DNA of 64,000 bases from Lama glama (Eukaryota). Shown in pieces: positions 25,050 to 38,429 of the stretch; positions within the stretch are counted from its first letter, which is position 1; each line of letters starts with the position of its first letter. The notes under the pieces are model-generated. The model was not told the origin of the DNA and did no database searches. It was given only the letters and a program-made list of their open reading frames with translations. The stretch lies in the NCBI GenBank assembly GCA_028534125.1, contig CM052825.1:372001-436000 (forward strand). The letters are read 5' to 3'. Position numbers and translations under genes: made by a program.

Positions 25050-25282
25050 GGAGCCGCCCGGGGCTGGGCTGCCGCGAGCTCGTCTTCAGAAACCTCTCCA
25101 AGATCCTTCCTGCCGTCTGTCACGACATCGGCGACTGGGTGGCGGGGACCCGGGTGAAGTCCGCGCAGCTGCTGGTGGTGCTGCTGCTCCACGCGGAGGA
25201 CCACGTCACGCAGCACCTGGAGCCCGTCCTGCGCACCCTGCAGCACGCCTGCGCCGACGAGGAGCGGGCTGTGGTCAGCAGC
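25050..25282 (+). CDS. DNAAF5: DNAAF5 exon 5 (233 nt)
   Basis: cgcag|GG...AGC|gtgagt; [57 protein letters not shown]... Confidence 0.96.
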
Positions 25283-25934
25283 GTGAGTGGCCGTCCCTGT
25301 AACGTAGGGGCTAGAGTCCCCTCTCAGGCCTGAGTCTGAACCTGGACAAACATGAGCAGACGTGGGGTCTCCCCACGATAAGGTGCAGATGTTCTCGGGC
25401 CCCTGGGCTCTCCCTGGGCTCCTGCTTCGCTCGGACGGTGCCCGTGAGGAATGGCTCTTGGAGGTTACTGACTCCACTGCCATCACGGCCTCTCCAAGCC
25501 TGAGAGGGCGATCAGCTCTGCATGTGTTCTTGTGGGGCCGAGTGCATCCCAGCATAAACGGGCCCTCCACCCTGCGAGCCCTTTAGCGACAGCTTCCGAG
25601 ACCCACATGTGGCCAGGCATGCAGGGCTGCCCATGGGAGTCCAGGCCAGCAGCCGGGCCCCCCCCCAACCTGGCTCCGAGGCTTTCCCTGGCCCCTAGAT
25701 GCTCGGACACAGCTGTCCCACAGGCCGGGTGGCCTGAGCATCTTCTCGGTGAAGTTCTGACGGTCGTGAGGGACACACCTGTTTTTCACCAGCACCACGA
25801 GCGCCCACCTAGAGGAGACTTTGCGCAGGGCTGTTTCTGGTGGGTGAAGCCCCATGAGGCAGACAGGCGGTGCCGAGAGCTCAGGGGCCGTGGCGGGGCA
25901 CTAGCGGCCCTCAGTCTCCTGCCCTCTCCCACAG

Positions 25935-26147
25935 TGCACGAGGTCTGCGCAGCTGATCGGCACCTTCGTCAGCCCAGAGGTGTTTCTGAAGCTGATCTTG
26001 CCGACACTGAGAAAGTCGCCCTCCCCCTCCGGCCTCCTGGTCCTCGCTTCGGTCATCCAAGGCTGCCCGAGGGAGGCCCTCCGGCCTCATGTGAAGATCA
26101 TCGCTGCGGAGCTGGCCCAGGCTCACATCTGCCAAGGATCTGAAAAC
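25935..26147 (+). CDS. DNAAF5: DNAAF5 exon 6 (213 nt)
   Basis: cacag|TGC...AAC|gtaagg; [43 protein letters not shown]...ICQGSEN. Confidence 0.96.
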
Positions 26148-27725
26148 GTAAGGAGTGTGGGAGGGGGTGGGTGGAGGGTTAACCTGCCGACGTGGTGACG
26201 AGGTCTCTGCCAGGTGCCATGTGCACGTGACCATCAGTGGTGGTCCCCACGGGCCTGCCAGGGACACGGACCGGCACGGTGGCCCGGGCGGCCCAGGATG
26301 GTCTCCTTTCTGGGGGCCTGCGTGCCTCCTGCCTGGTTCTGCTCTGTCAGACGTGCTGGCTGCTTGCACTGGGATCAAACAAGGTGCAAGTGCTGTCCTC
26401 GGCCGTGTCGCGAGCACCCGGGGACCACGTGCAGCCAGAGCACGGCCATGGGGTGGGCAGCACGCTCTGCTGGACGGCGCTGCTCTGGGTGGTCTTGGGC
26501 CCAGAGAGGGCGGCACGATCGGCAGCTCTGAGGGGCCCCTCCCGCTGCCTTGAGTGCAGCTGCAGGCCTGTCACCCGTCTGTCCGTCCAGTGAACGCGGT
26601 GCAGGTACACCTCTCCCGCCATCCCCGCGACACCCGTGAATGTGATAGCTCCACAAACGTGCACTTAGAAGTTAGCCAAAGTCATTCCTCAAAAGGTCCG
26701 CCAGTCCAGGCCTGAAAGAACTGAGCTGCGGGGAGGAAGGGTTTGAACAAAACACCAGTCGCGGCCTCTCAGGAGTCAGGACACCCAGAGTCACCCCCGG
26801 GGCCCAGGGTGTGATCCACGGTGAGTTTTTTGTTTAAACTTCAGAGATTTGTACCACTTGCGAGTGAGCCGTGGAATCTGAGCGAAGATTCAGAATTTAG
26901 AACAGTCCATCATCTTGACAAACAGTCACCATCCTTCAGGGCTCAGGTCTCCTTGGTGAAAAAGCTGAAGTGCTTTCCTCCAGTTACTTACGTGCTCACT
27001 TATCCGTAAATCACTGTGAATCACAAACATGACCTGCCCAACCGATTCTGTTCTTTGTGAAAAATGGTACAGCAGCGGGTTAGGGGACGTCCTGGGCGCA
27101 CAAGGAGTTCTTCCTGGGCCCCGGCCCCGTCACCCTGTTCTGTGGGTGATGAGGCCGGAGCCCAGGAGGTGAGAGAGAGGTTGGCTCGACCCAACTAGGG
27201 TGTCACCTTGTCCTCACGTCGATCAGGAGGCATCTTCTGACTTGTAGAATTTTACTTATTTTTGTTAAAGCTGAGAGTTTCAGGAACAGTCAGGTGCACG
27301 GAGCAGAGGGAAGAGCAGGGTGAGCCTCCAGCAGCGCGGCCCGGGTCCTCACGGCTCCCACCTCACTCCTTCCCTGTGACTTTCGGGCAGGGTGGGGGCA
27401 GAGGAGGCGTTCCGAGCAGGTCCAGGGTACCCTGTCTTTCTACTTGTGAATTCTGCAGTGCGTGTTGCCAACACACAAAAAAGTTTTCTTTAAATGTAAC
27501 TAAAACATCATTAAGCATTCAGGAAAACTACCGTGAATTTTGTGACTCTCAGTCCCAGTTGTTTTCCCTGCTGTGTGGAAGAATGCCCTTTGTGTGCTGG
27601 GCCTGACCCGGGCCTGGCGTCTGCTCGTGAGGGTACCCTGGCCATGGGCCTTGTGCTCATGGCCTCATCTGGCCCCGGAGAGGGGGGCATGGGAGGTGGC
27701 TGACAGCGTCCCGCTCTCTTCCCAG

Positions 27726-27869
27726 CTCCTCTACGGGGAGTCCCTGCTACTCTGCGTGCAGGCCGTGGTGGCCGTCAGCAGGGAGGACTGCCGGGGGTCC
27801 AGCCTGCAGCTCATGGAGGTGTTGGTGACTGTCCTGGCGCTGTGGGGGGCCACGGGCCTCGGCGACAAG
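27726..27869 (+). CDS. DNAAF5: DNAAF5 exon 7 (144 nt)
   Basis: cccag|CTC...AAG|gtgagg; LLYGESLLLCVQAVVAVSREDCRGSSLQLMEVLVTVLALWGATGLGDK. Confidence 0.94.
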
Positions 27870-29121
27870 GTGAGGTGGGGGCACTTCCTGCTTTGCTGGG
27901 GGCACTTGGAAAGGTAGCCATCGTCCGTGATGAGTCTCTGCACTTGAATTCCAAGACTCAGGCCTACCCAACACCAAAGATGAAAGAATTCAGAATGTTC
28001 AGGACAAGTCCTCCACGACGTGGCCTTAGGGGGTACGTGGGGTTTTAGAGTCCCTCCAACTGCCAGTTACTTAGTGTCTCAGAGCGAAGACGCCACTGGG
28101 ACGTAGAGTCCGCCGCCGAGATGAGCCGTCCTCACCTGACACTTGTGCATCTGAGGAGGCGAAAAACACACACCTGCAGTGGAGTCAGGCGAGGGTGACA
28201 TCGTGACTCCCCTGTGTGGCTGCCGTCCAGCTTGACGGGATTGTTGCCGTTCGCTGGCTGTGTTCAGGCTTAAAGCCTGACGTCTGACTCCCCGCGGCTG
28301 CGGGACCGTCCGGAGACCCGGTGTCCGGACGCTTCTCCCCAAGCCGAGAACTCGGTTCTCCCCGTGCTCCACCCCATAGACTCACCGGGTCCACCGGAGC
28401 CCTGTTGCTCCCTGTCAAGGAGGCTGCCCGCCTCCATCCCTGCCTTCATTGGGGCCTCCCTCAACGTTGTTTTATTTCTCGCTTTCAAAACCCTCTTCCC
28501 AGAGGGCACGTGTCTCAGCAGGCAGCTGTCACCATAGGGCCTGAAATACTAGAAAAACAGAATCTATCGTTACAGAGGGAACTGCAGAGCAGCCCAGGCA
28601 CGTCCTGTTCTAAACCCGAGGAGGAAGGCTGGAAGGTGGCGCTGGCGCACCGTCTGGTCTCCCCTCCCTGCTCCCTGTGCTCCCCCAGCAGACCTGCTGT
28701 CACTGGTGGGCTGGGCGGGGTGGAGACCTCGGCAGGGTAAGGCACAGGCTCCTCTTTGATGAACATGGGTTAAGACTGTTCACTTCCTGAAACCACCTGG
28801 TCCCCTTCCTCGCAGACTGAGCCCTGGCAGGCATGCAGCCCTCTGCCCTGCGGGAGCAGGCAGTGCCCCATCCCCCTGGGCTGCAGAAACCGGGCAGACC
28901 TGCTGTAGGTGCACGTTTGTCCACGTGGTGACTTGCTGCACAGACAGGATGGTGTGGACAGGGCAAGCCCCCATCCGCAACCCTCATCCCCGCTTGCACC
29001 CTGTGTGCGTCGTCTGCTGTGGGCCTGAGTGGCCCCGTCTCCCTCAGATGACGAGGACGGGTGTCCAGTGGGGTCTCACCCTCAAGATCTGGTCATCCCA
29101 GCCTGTGGCTTGCCTCCCCAG

Positions 29122-29290
29122 GTGCAGGAGACCCTGGCCACGCTGGCGGCGGTGGCGAGCATGGACGGCAGCCTGGACTTGTTCCGCGAGCACACGGGCC
29201 CTCTTCTGGAGTGGCTGGCCGGCTCGCACCAGGCCTGGACCATCCACTCTGCGGAACTTCTGCAGTTCGACGTGGTGGTCACCCACTCAG
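29122..29290 (+). CDS. DNAAF5: DNAAF5 exon 8 (169 nt)
   Basis: cccag|GTG...CAG|gtgagc; VQETLATLAAVASMDGSLDLFREHTGPLLEWLAGSHQAWTIHSAELLQFDVVVTHS. Confidence 0.95.
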
Positions 29291-30874
29291 GTGAGCCCCT
29301 GAATCGGGTCCAAGTGCTGGTCGTGTGGTAGCTGTGGCCGGCCCATCACAGACAGAGGTTGGCACGAACCAGAAAGCCGCAGACCAGGGCCTGGTTTTTA
29401 AAGTAACTTGTGGTCACTTGTGCCTGGGGAGAACGGGTGTTTTGAGGAGCGCAACCTTAATTTTAAAAATGCCAGAAACGTATACTGGAGACTGTGTGAC
29501 GTAGGTCTGTAAAGTCTGGCCGGGCACACGTTTTCCACGTTAAATCTTGAAGGTGAGAGGTGTCAGGGCCTCTTCTGTAGCCTGTTGCCTTCACGTTTTC
29601 CTCCGCGTTATGCTGGCGCTGGGTGTGTGCCTGCCCGTCACGGGCTGCGCCCGGCCTCCCCACGTCCGGCCTCTCCTGAGTGGACGGTGCTGGGCCCCGT
29701 CCCAGAGGTGCAGCCCACACTGCAAAACATCACTGAGGTTTTCACTAGAAAAACACAGTGATTTGCTACCTGAAACCACTTCCCAGGTGGCTGTAAACTT
29801 GTTGAGCAAGTTAGTTTTTTCTTCACTTGTATTTAATAAAAATCCTAATTCCTCGTTGGCTGCAGACTCTGTGCCCCCTCCCCCCTCTCTGGACGTGACT
29901 CCTGTCACACAGTCATTACTCAGTGTTGTGGGGGTCCCCAGGACCATTTTGGGGTTCATCTCAGTGGCCCTGGTGCTATGAGACCTGGAGGGGTGGATCC
30001 ACACTTGTTCTCTGTCATGTGTCAGCAAATCTGTGTGTCCAAATTTGGAAAGAAAACTACAGACGGTTGCCAGCAGCAAACGTCTGGAGCTGCTCTGCAG
30101 AGTCAGCTCAGGGTCCTCGCGGCTCCTCTGTGAGGCAGGAACTCTGAGCCCTGCTTCACAGACGCGCCCAAGGCCCCCCGCTCGCAGGCCACACCACCTG
30201 GCAGTGGCAAGACTGCAGGTGGACAGCCAGCCCTCTGGCCACACGTCTTTGTCCTGCTTTGATGCCAGAGATTGAGACGATGCATCTGGAAGGACGTAGG
30301 TCTCTAACTTCTCCCAGGACGAGCAGACTGCCGTCCCCTGGAGGGTGTCAGCGGGACCATGGTCGGTTCTGGAGCACAACATCCGGCGTTGGCACAGGGC
30401 CCGACGGGGAGGGCGTCGCGTGACTCAGGTCCAGGCCCCGGAGCCTGGGGTCCGGTCACGACTGGCGAGTCTCCAGACCCCAAGGTGCGTCGCCGTATCT
30501 GGGTCCCCCTAGGCTCTGGGAGCCGCCACTTCCTCCAGGGACCAGCTGGGATGAGGACGGTGGCTGCTGACTTCAGGGGCAAATACCGAGCAGCTCACAT
30601 GTGCTGAAAGATTGCTTGACGTTAGTTTTGTTAAGAATTCAGGAAAATGTAAGAAAAAGGAAGTTTACGTACTGAACAGTTAGAGCGATCTGGGGGGCTA
30701 AAGCATTCTTGTCACTTTTCTTTGACAGTCACGTCCCCATCCAGAGAGGCGGCAGCCACCATCCTGTGCGGAGAGCGTCCTTCCCGGGGCCGCGGGCGCA
30801 CGTGTCGCTGCGCCCAGTGCACCCTCCTCCCACCCTCCCGCCAGGCAGGAACCGAGCTGCTGTGTGTTTTGCAG

Positions 30875-31022
30875 GCCCTGCTCTTGGGGAGGCGCTGCCC
30901 CAGCTGGTCCCTGTCCTCCAGAGCTGCCTCCAGCCAACCAGAGACCCCTCCATGCGCCTGAGACTCTTCTCCACTCTGACAGGGGTGTTGCTGCGAGCCC
31001 GGGAGACGGTCGACTCACAAGG
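30875..31022 (+). CDS. DNAAF5: DNAAF5 exon 9 (148 nt)
   Basis: ttgcag|GC...GG|gtaggt; [50 protein letters not shown]. Confidence 0.95.
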
Positions 31023-33351
31023 GTAGGTCAGCTCTGCCCCCACAGCCCCGCACCGTCCCCCGCGCCGCGCCAGGCCAAGGTGGCCCCTGAGCGCTAGGTG
31101 CCTGCTGTCCTGCAGTCACGGTCAGTCACGGCGGCGGGGGCACCACACGGAGAGACACGAATCAAAGTCATCCTCTGTGGTCGTTAAAATCCCACTGAGT
31201 GAAGATGTTAACTGTTAAATGGTTTATGTATTAGCTGCTTTCAAGCCCAACAAAGGGTTGATTGAATTGATTGAAGGACCATTGAGGTTAGAACTTAGGA
31301 AACCTGTTCTGCAGGGGAGCTTCTGCGGCAGGAGAGGGGAGGCACAGCTCCGTCCAGCAGGCCCTGCCCTGCTTGTTAAATCAGCCCAGTGTCCCCGCAG
31401 AAGGGGACGTGGCCAGCGCGATGCTGTGAGCTGTCTGGGGCCCATCCCAAGAGGGGCAGATCTACCACAAGTCCCGCCTCGTTCTCACGTATCCTGGAGT
31501 TTCCCAGGAAGTCTGAATGAAGAGAAGTCATCATTCAGACTTCTCTTCCCTGGATGTTCCTCGGGTCTCTGCCCTTGGGCATCTAGCTGGCCCATCCTGC
31601 TGCGGGAAGTTTTATTTCCTGCCTTCAGCAGAAGCTTCCAGGGTTGGAAGGGACCTAGAGGTGCGGCGGCGAGCCTGCAGCCACCCCGCAAGCAGGCAGA
31701 CTCCAAGCAGAGAGCCCGGGCTGGGCGGTTACCCTCAGAGCCCCAGCCTGGCTGTGTCTACCTGAGGACAGCTGACCCCTGGGCAGCAGCCTCCATGCCG
31801 GGACCAAGTCCCCGAAAGAAACTGCTCTTGAAGGCTTTTCATGGAAAGAAATCAGTATCAGGAGAGAAAAGTTCAGCTTATGATTATTTAGTGAAGACAT
31901 TAGCTGTTTTACAGACAGGAAAGATTTTGAAAAATAACTCAGTTTCGATCTTCAGGAAACACCGCCTTGACTGTGGGGACGGGCGTGGCACTGAGGTCCC
32001 CACGCAGCCTGAGGGTCCTGCCTGAGGGCAGACACCGGGCCTGACCAGGGTCACCAGGCTCCCACCCCAGACGTCTGGATGGAGGGCGGGGGGTGGGCCG
32101 TGGTGTGAGGGTGGGCCGGTGCTGGAGGTCACCCCCGGGTGGAGTGCACATCCCTGGAGAAGCAGGGCTGCTCCCTCAGCAGGGTGCCCAGACGTGTGCA
32201 CCCAGGGCAGCCCCCGACCGCCGACGGCTTCTCCCCCAGAGGCTGCACTGCGGGGTGCTCGCCAGCCCCTCCCGGTCTGTTTCCCACAGTTGCCTGAGAA
32301 CCAGGGGTGTCAGCCCCTCTGAGTGAGGGGTCCTGTTGGAAAATTGCGGGATTTCAACACGCTGGTGTCACCACTGAGCGCAGCCCGGATGCAGGTGGTT
32401 TTGGAGGAGCCTGTGGCCCTGACGTGCCCACGCATCCCGAGGCCCAGCCGTGGACAGGGTGCCTCCTTCCGGTGCAGTGGGATTCGCTCTCTGGACGCCC
32501 AGGGCCTTCACTGGTCCTGGCATCTCAGTGCTGCAGGGACAGGTTCCAACTGGAGTTAGCAGCCCCCACCTGTCCCTCCCATGGCCAGCGCTGGGCCTTC
32601 TGGCCTCGTGGCCACGTTTTGAGGACTGCCTCCGCTGGGCCGTGGGCTGAGCCGCCCAGAGGGCCCCCTCGTGAATCAGTGCAGGAAGCAGCAGCTCTGC
32701 CCACTGAGAACCTGAGTGTGTGAGTCGTGAGAGCCGGAGGCGGCGGGGAGGGCCAGAAAGTGAGGGCCTCCTCGGGGGTAATCCTGGCCTCCAGCGCGGC
32801 TCTGCAGGCTGGGCCACGAGGCCAGTGGGCAGCTCAGGGCTGGGATTCCCATTTTTTTCTGCTCTGCGTTTGTCCTGACGGCACCTTGAATGGGCTGGTC
32901 ACAGTCAAGACGAACGCCCCCGGTGTCGTTGGCGAAGCGTCTGCGTCTGCTGCTCCCTTGCATCTGGGACCGTGGTCACGGCCCCACCATGCCTTCTGCT
33001 GAAGTGGCAGGACGTGGTCTGAGGGACCACACAGCCTGTCTCTGCCAGATGACTGCCCGTGGGGTGACTTGCCGGCCCTTTTCTTGGATCCAGGGAGGGT
33101 GACAGGTGAAGCCCCTTGGCCACAAAGTGGGGAGGGGGCTGGAATACGCCCCTGGGCCCTGGGGTTCTGGCCCCCTGCTCCCAGGAGAGGGGCCCCGCCA
33201 GCTGCCCCCCTCCTGCTCAGGGTCCCGCGTGTCACTTCTGCAGTCTTCACCGCTGGGCCTCTTTGCTCTGTTGGGCCCATTTCCCAAACTGCAGGGCTTC
33301 CCTGGAGGGTCTACATGCGCCCTCACCTGCGCTCTCCTGCCTTCGCTCCAG

Positions 33352-33502
33352 ACAGTTCCACGCCTACCTTGACACCATGATCAAGGACATCTTCGTCCCC
33401 AACCTCCAGTGGCACGCGGGCAGGACGGCGGGAGCCATCCGCACGGCGGCCATGTCCTGCCTCTGGGCGCTTATCAGCAGCGGGATCCTGTCCAACAAGC
33501 AG
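33352..33502 (+). CDS. DNAAF5: DNAAF5 exon 10 (151 nt)
   Basis: tccag|A...CAG|gtgggt; [50 protein letters not shown]. Confidence 0.96.
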
Positions 33503-34178
33503 GTGGGTGTTCACCCGGGTCCTGTGTCAGGGACACAGATGCTCCCAGACAGACAGACGGGGGGACTGGAGCATCCCTGCCACCAGAGCGGGAAAGCCTT
33601 TGTCTCCGTGACGGGTCCTGCAGACTTTCTCGGGTGACTGTCTCTCTTTACAAGCAAAGAACTTTGTCACGGGTTTATTAACTTGAGGCCGACAGCGGGC
33701 TTTTGGTGTTGTCTGTCTCCGTGTCTCCAGTTAGACGAGGGCTGAGGCCACGGCGGAGCAGTCACAGCTTTGGTTTTCCTCTGCGTCCATTCCTCACGTG
33801 GTTAAACACCCCCAGCATCCACCTCCTGGACCCAAACGACTCTTACTAAGTGAAAACGTCCCCCAGGCTCACTGGACACCACACCCTGTCCTCCTAGCAT
33901 GCAGCAAGCTGGGCAGGGTCAGTGCCTCGCTGCGACCTGGCAAGTAGTGGATCTGGAAGGCATCCACTGACCGCTGTGCTAGTTGTCTGGATTTTAAAAT
34001 CAGCTTTCAAGTCTGCTCCTTAAGGAGAAGGTTCCCAGCAGCACTCCAGACTCCCCGTATTTGCACCAAAACCAAGTCTCTTCCATCACGGGCAGAGCAC
34101 ACACAGTGGCCGAGCGGCCGTTGTACCCCCAGGATGGCAGCAGCCGTGACCCGCAGCGCGTGTGCTTTCTGATTGCAG

Positions 34179-34335
34179 GTGCAGGAAGTGCGGGGAACGC
34201 TGACGCCTCAGATTCTAACCGCCCTGGAGGAAGACTCGCAGATGACTCGGTTAACTTCATGCAGAATCATCAGCGCATTTTTAAAAACCTCTGACGATGT
34301 GATCGATCCAGACAAATTCATGAAGATTTATCCTG
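34179..34335 (+). CDS. DNAAF5: DNAAF5 exon 11 (157 nt)
   Basis: ttgcag|GTG...CTG|gtacga; [52 protein letters not shown]. Confidence 0.96.
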
Positions 34336-35599
34336 GTACGACCTTTCTCGTTTCCATGTCACCTGCTTCTGTTTGTGTCACGGGAGAAATAGAAAATGCT
34401 ACTGGTCGGGTTGGTACCGAGTCCAGACCTGGCAATGGCAGGTTGGCATCCCTGAATGAGTCATGTCGCATGAGAAACAGCCGGGCATCTCGTGGAGCAG
34501 AATTGGGGCCAGGGCGTCAGGCGCCCACAGCCGCCGGGGCACAGGCCTGGAGCTGGCAGGGACCCCGCCCTGGGGCAGCAGCTGGGGTCCAGGCCATCGG
34601 GGCGAGAAGAGGCCTGGGCGCCAGCTGGGCCTCCCGTCACTGGAGGTGCGCCTGCAACACACGTGCCCGGGAACATAGGGAAACCCAGCCAGCGCACCCC
34701 TGGTGCAATACGGGTAATTCCAGGACCCCTAGTGTGTTTGGGGTCCTCAGAAAGCTGAAAGAGTAACATCCCTAAAAGCAGGTTGAGAATCAAAGGTGCA
34801 GGCAGGAAGGCGGAACAGGCCCAGTGAGACCCTGGGGGAGAAGGGCCACCAGGCAGGCTCCAGGCAGGTGGAGCGCGGCTGCGGTGGCTTCCCCTTGGGA
34901 CGGGCGGTAGCCACACGGGTCTCACCCTCACCTGCATATTTTACTGCTGTTAGCTCTCACTGGTTTCTGAAAGGTGGCTTTAAGAGCTCCAGGAAGTGAA
35001 AATAGCCCCTGAAGTGTGAGCCCGGGCGCAGCGGGGGCGCCGGACGTGTAGGCCGACCCAGATCCCCGAGCGCGGCCGGGAGCAGGAGGGGGACAGAGGG
35101 CGCCCGCGCTGCCGCCACGAGGTGCGGTACCGAGTGAGGGCGCCCCCGCAGCCCCCGGTCCGCCTCGTTCTCAGTGTCACGGCAGCAAGCGTGTTGGTTC
35201 CTGCTGGCGTCTCCACAGCCCCCTCCCCAGTGCCAGTTGCCGGCTGTCACAGTGACAAGACCGCCATCCCCAGCACGTGTCCTCTGTGTGAGGTGGCTTG
35301 TTTCCTGACGGAGGGGCTCCACAGGGCCGCTTTATTTTGGGCACCAGCCCTGACTTCTGCAGACGTGTCTGGAGAACTGTTGGGACACCGTGACGCCCCG
35401 GGAGACTCTGGTGACAAATGTCCAGACACTAGGCAGACCCCGAGGACGGCGTCCCCTCTGCCCCAATTAGAACTGAAGAGTCGGGCATCCCCGTCGTGGG
35501 AAGTGTGGCGGGGCCTCCACGGGCTCTCCCAGACAGACGCTTGGACCAGTTGAGCCCCAGCACAGGGAGATGTGTACCCTGCCCTGGCGTCCGTTCAGC

Positions 35600-37620
35600 G
35601 TCCAGGAGCCTGTGTCTAAGAAAACCGTGTATTTGCCTTAATGGGAAGACACTTTATTGCTAAAAGAAGCTAACGCCATCGGAGCCTCCAGCGAGGTGTA
35701 ATCTTTGCTGGAGGAGGTCTGCCTGGGGCGGGGGGCTGGCTGGCGGTTTCTCAGCACAAGACGGCGTGAAGTGGGCTGCGTCGATGGACTCCTCCTCTCA
35801 CGAAGGGTTTCTCTGCAGCACACGGGCCGCGTGACAGCTGTGTGCCCACAGGGAGCTCCGTGCAGGGCTGGAGTCAGCTCTCAGCCTGCCACTGCCCTGT
35901 CAGCTACATCTGTGTGATTTTCTGAGTCCTCTGTTGTCCTTCTCGACCGCGTCTTCGCCAGGAGTGGACTCCGTCTCACTCCTTGCTTGTCCATTAGGAC
36001 ACTTCTCATCCGTGACCTGCCATCCTGAGGCTCCACGCCTGCCTCTGCTGCTCTCACTGTTCCACCACGTCTGCTGTCCCTTCCTCCGCTTCCTCCCTCA
36101 AGGTCAAAGGGCTGGAATCACCTTCTTCCAAACCCCCGATAGTGGTGACAGTCCGACCTCTTCCCATGAATCATGCACGTCCTTAATGGTGTCCAGAATG
36201 GTGAGTGCTTCCTAGGAGTTTGCAGCTGACTCTGCCCGCACCCATCAGAGGAATCGCGCCTCTGGTGCTGGAGCTTCATGAGGTGCAGGAGGAAGGCCTG
36301 AACGGCCCCTCGGCCCGCAGGCTGCAGAGAGACGCTGTGTCCGCAGGCGGGAGACGCCAGCCACGTCACCCGTCCCCACCGGAGCCCTGTCAGTGAGCGG
36401 GTCTCAACAGTGGGCTTAAAACATTCAGTAAACTGTGTTGCCAGTAGGTGTCTGTCACGCAGGCCCTGCTGTCCCATTCACAGAGCGCGGGCAGAGTGGA
36501 GCTAGCGTCACTCTGAAGGGCCCAGGGTGTTCGGATGATACAGCACCCCAGCTTCGATGGTGGCCGCCCGCTGCATGAGCCCCGAACAGGAGTCAGCCCG
36601 TACTTTGAAGCTGTGACGCCGGGCGTTGCCGTCTGCTGACTGTGAACGTCCTGGGTGGCATCATCTTCCAGCAGAAGTCTGTTTCATCTACCCTAAAACT
36701 CCAGTGCTCAGTGTGGCCGCCCCCGTGGATGATCTGAGCTGGACCACGTGGGAACCGTGCTGCCCCACCTGCACCGACGTCATGACCTCGGCTTCCCTCC
36801 TCCAGCCTCGTGAACCAGCCACCTCTGCCGGCTTCAGACTCTCCGTCCACGGCCTCCTCGCCTCTCAGCCCTGAGAACTGAGGGGAGCTGGGGCCAGGCT
36901 GTGGACAAGCGTCAGCCAAAGGGAAGGCTGTGGCCGGTTTCATCCTCCGTCCGGACTCCAGCTCTCTCCACCTCAGCAATAGGCGTTTCTCTTTCTTACC
37001 GTCCATGTGTTCATGGGGCAGTGCTGTAATTTCCTTCAAGAACTTCCCCTTGCAATCAGAAGAGGCCAGTTTTCAGCCCAGCTCAGCTCTCGACACGCCT
37101 TCGTCACCAGGCGTGATTATTTCTAGCTTTTGATCTAAAGCGTGAGACGTGCAGCGACGCCTTTCACTTGAGCCCTGAGAGGCCACGGTGGGAGCGGTAC
37201 TTGGCCTGATCTCAGTGTCGTCGAGGAATGAGGACCCACAGAGGAGGCGGGGCGGCCGGCCGGGCCGTCAGGACAGCGTTTACAGGTGCAGTGTGTTGTC
37301 TTATAGGGTGCAGGTCGTGGCACCCCGAAACAGCTCCTGTGGCGTCATCAAAGATCACAGTGAGTGTTTCTGCCCCTCAGAAAAGACAGTTCACAGCAGC
37401 AAGTGCAACAAAAATGGTGAAAAGGCTTGAAAAACCGCACGAGTTACCAAGTGTGCAAACACGAGGTGACGGGCTGTTGGGAAGGCGGCACCATGGGCTC
37501 GCGGGACACGAGGTCAGCTCGGACCTTCCGCTCCTGGAGCAGCACCTGCGAAGCATGGATCATGGCCGCCACCCCGCTGCTCCCCACTCCCGCACGCCGG
37601 GAGCCGCGGCCCTGGCCTGT
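35600..37620 (-). mobile_element. Tigger1 (TcMar-Tigger) DNA transposon fossil, near full length
   Basis: Minus ORF 36593-37039 retains transposase motifs RGEEAVDGESEAGRGGWFTRLEE and QIIHGGGHTEHWSFRVDETDFCWKMMPPRTF (DDE 'VDET'). actttattgctaaaag and catcaaagatcac match the recalled terminal regions. Confidence 0.9.
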
Positions 37621-38237
37621 CCGCCTGTCTGCCTGTCTGGGGCTACTTGCCTCCTTGCCCCCTGCCACCCAAGGCCCAGGCCTCAGGAGCATGTCTGCTG
37701 GGAGCCAGGGCCGGGGCGTCCCGTGTGACACAGCCCTCCCCGTGGGGACGTCCTTGCTGGGAGCAGAGCCGCCCTCCACAGTGATGGGCCAGCTCAGCCT
37801 GGATGGGCCTCCGAGGGATAACCGAGTCCTGGGTCAGCATGGCTCATCGGTTCTGTGGAAAGAGGATATGTTGATAAAAATCTTCCAAATTCACAGTGAG
37901 CGTTTCTGCCCCTCAGAAAAGACCGTTCCTCTGTCTTCAGCAGCAGAACGTCTGGTCCCAGAGGCTCAGCAGAAACACAGCTGAGCTGGCCAGTGGCCGT
38001 CCTGTCACCAGACTCTCGGCCCTGTCCCCAGACCCTGTGGTGGGTGGGCTCTGAATCTGAGCATCTGGGAGCCGGGGTCCCCAGGGCCGCCTTGCAGGTC
38101 AGAAGTCGGGCACAGAGATGCTCGACCAGCCGAGCACGCCTCTGCTCGGAGTCCAGCGCAGCCAGGGCCCCGGGGCGGGCGGGGACGGGACACCTGCTCG
38201 AGAGCCTCCGTCTCACACTCTTGCCCTGCTCTTTCAG

Positions 38238-38429
38238 AACTCCTCAAGCGTCTGGATGACGTTTCCACCGAAGTGCGGCTGGCGGCCACCTCCACCTTGG
38301 TGACCTGGCTGGAGCGGGCTGGGAAGGAGGGCGGGAAGAGCTGCGACCAGGGCAGCATCCAGTACCTGTACAGGGAGCTCCTGGTGTACCTGGACGACCC
38401 CGAGAGCACCGTGCAGGACGCAGTCCTCG
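38238..38429 (+). CDS. DNAAF5: DNAAF5 exon 12 (192 nt)
   Basis: tttcag|AA...CG|gtaaga; [25 protein letters not shown]...[25 protein letters not shown]. Confidence 0.96.

Noticed and set aside
36593-37039. Transposase-like ORF as a domesticated TIGD-type gene
   Set aside because: Only a 148-aa degenerate fragment is open. The rest of the element has no continuous frame, consistent with a neutral Tigger1 fossil.
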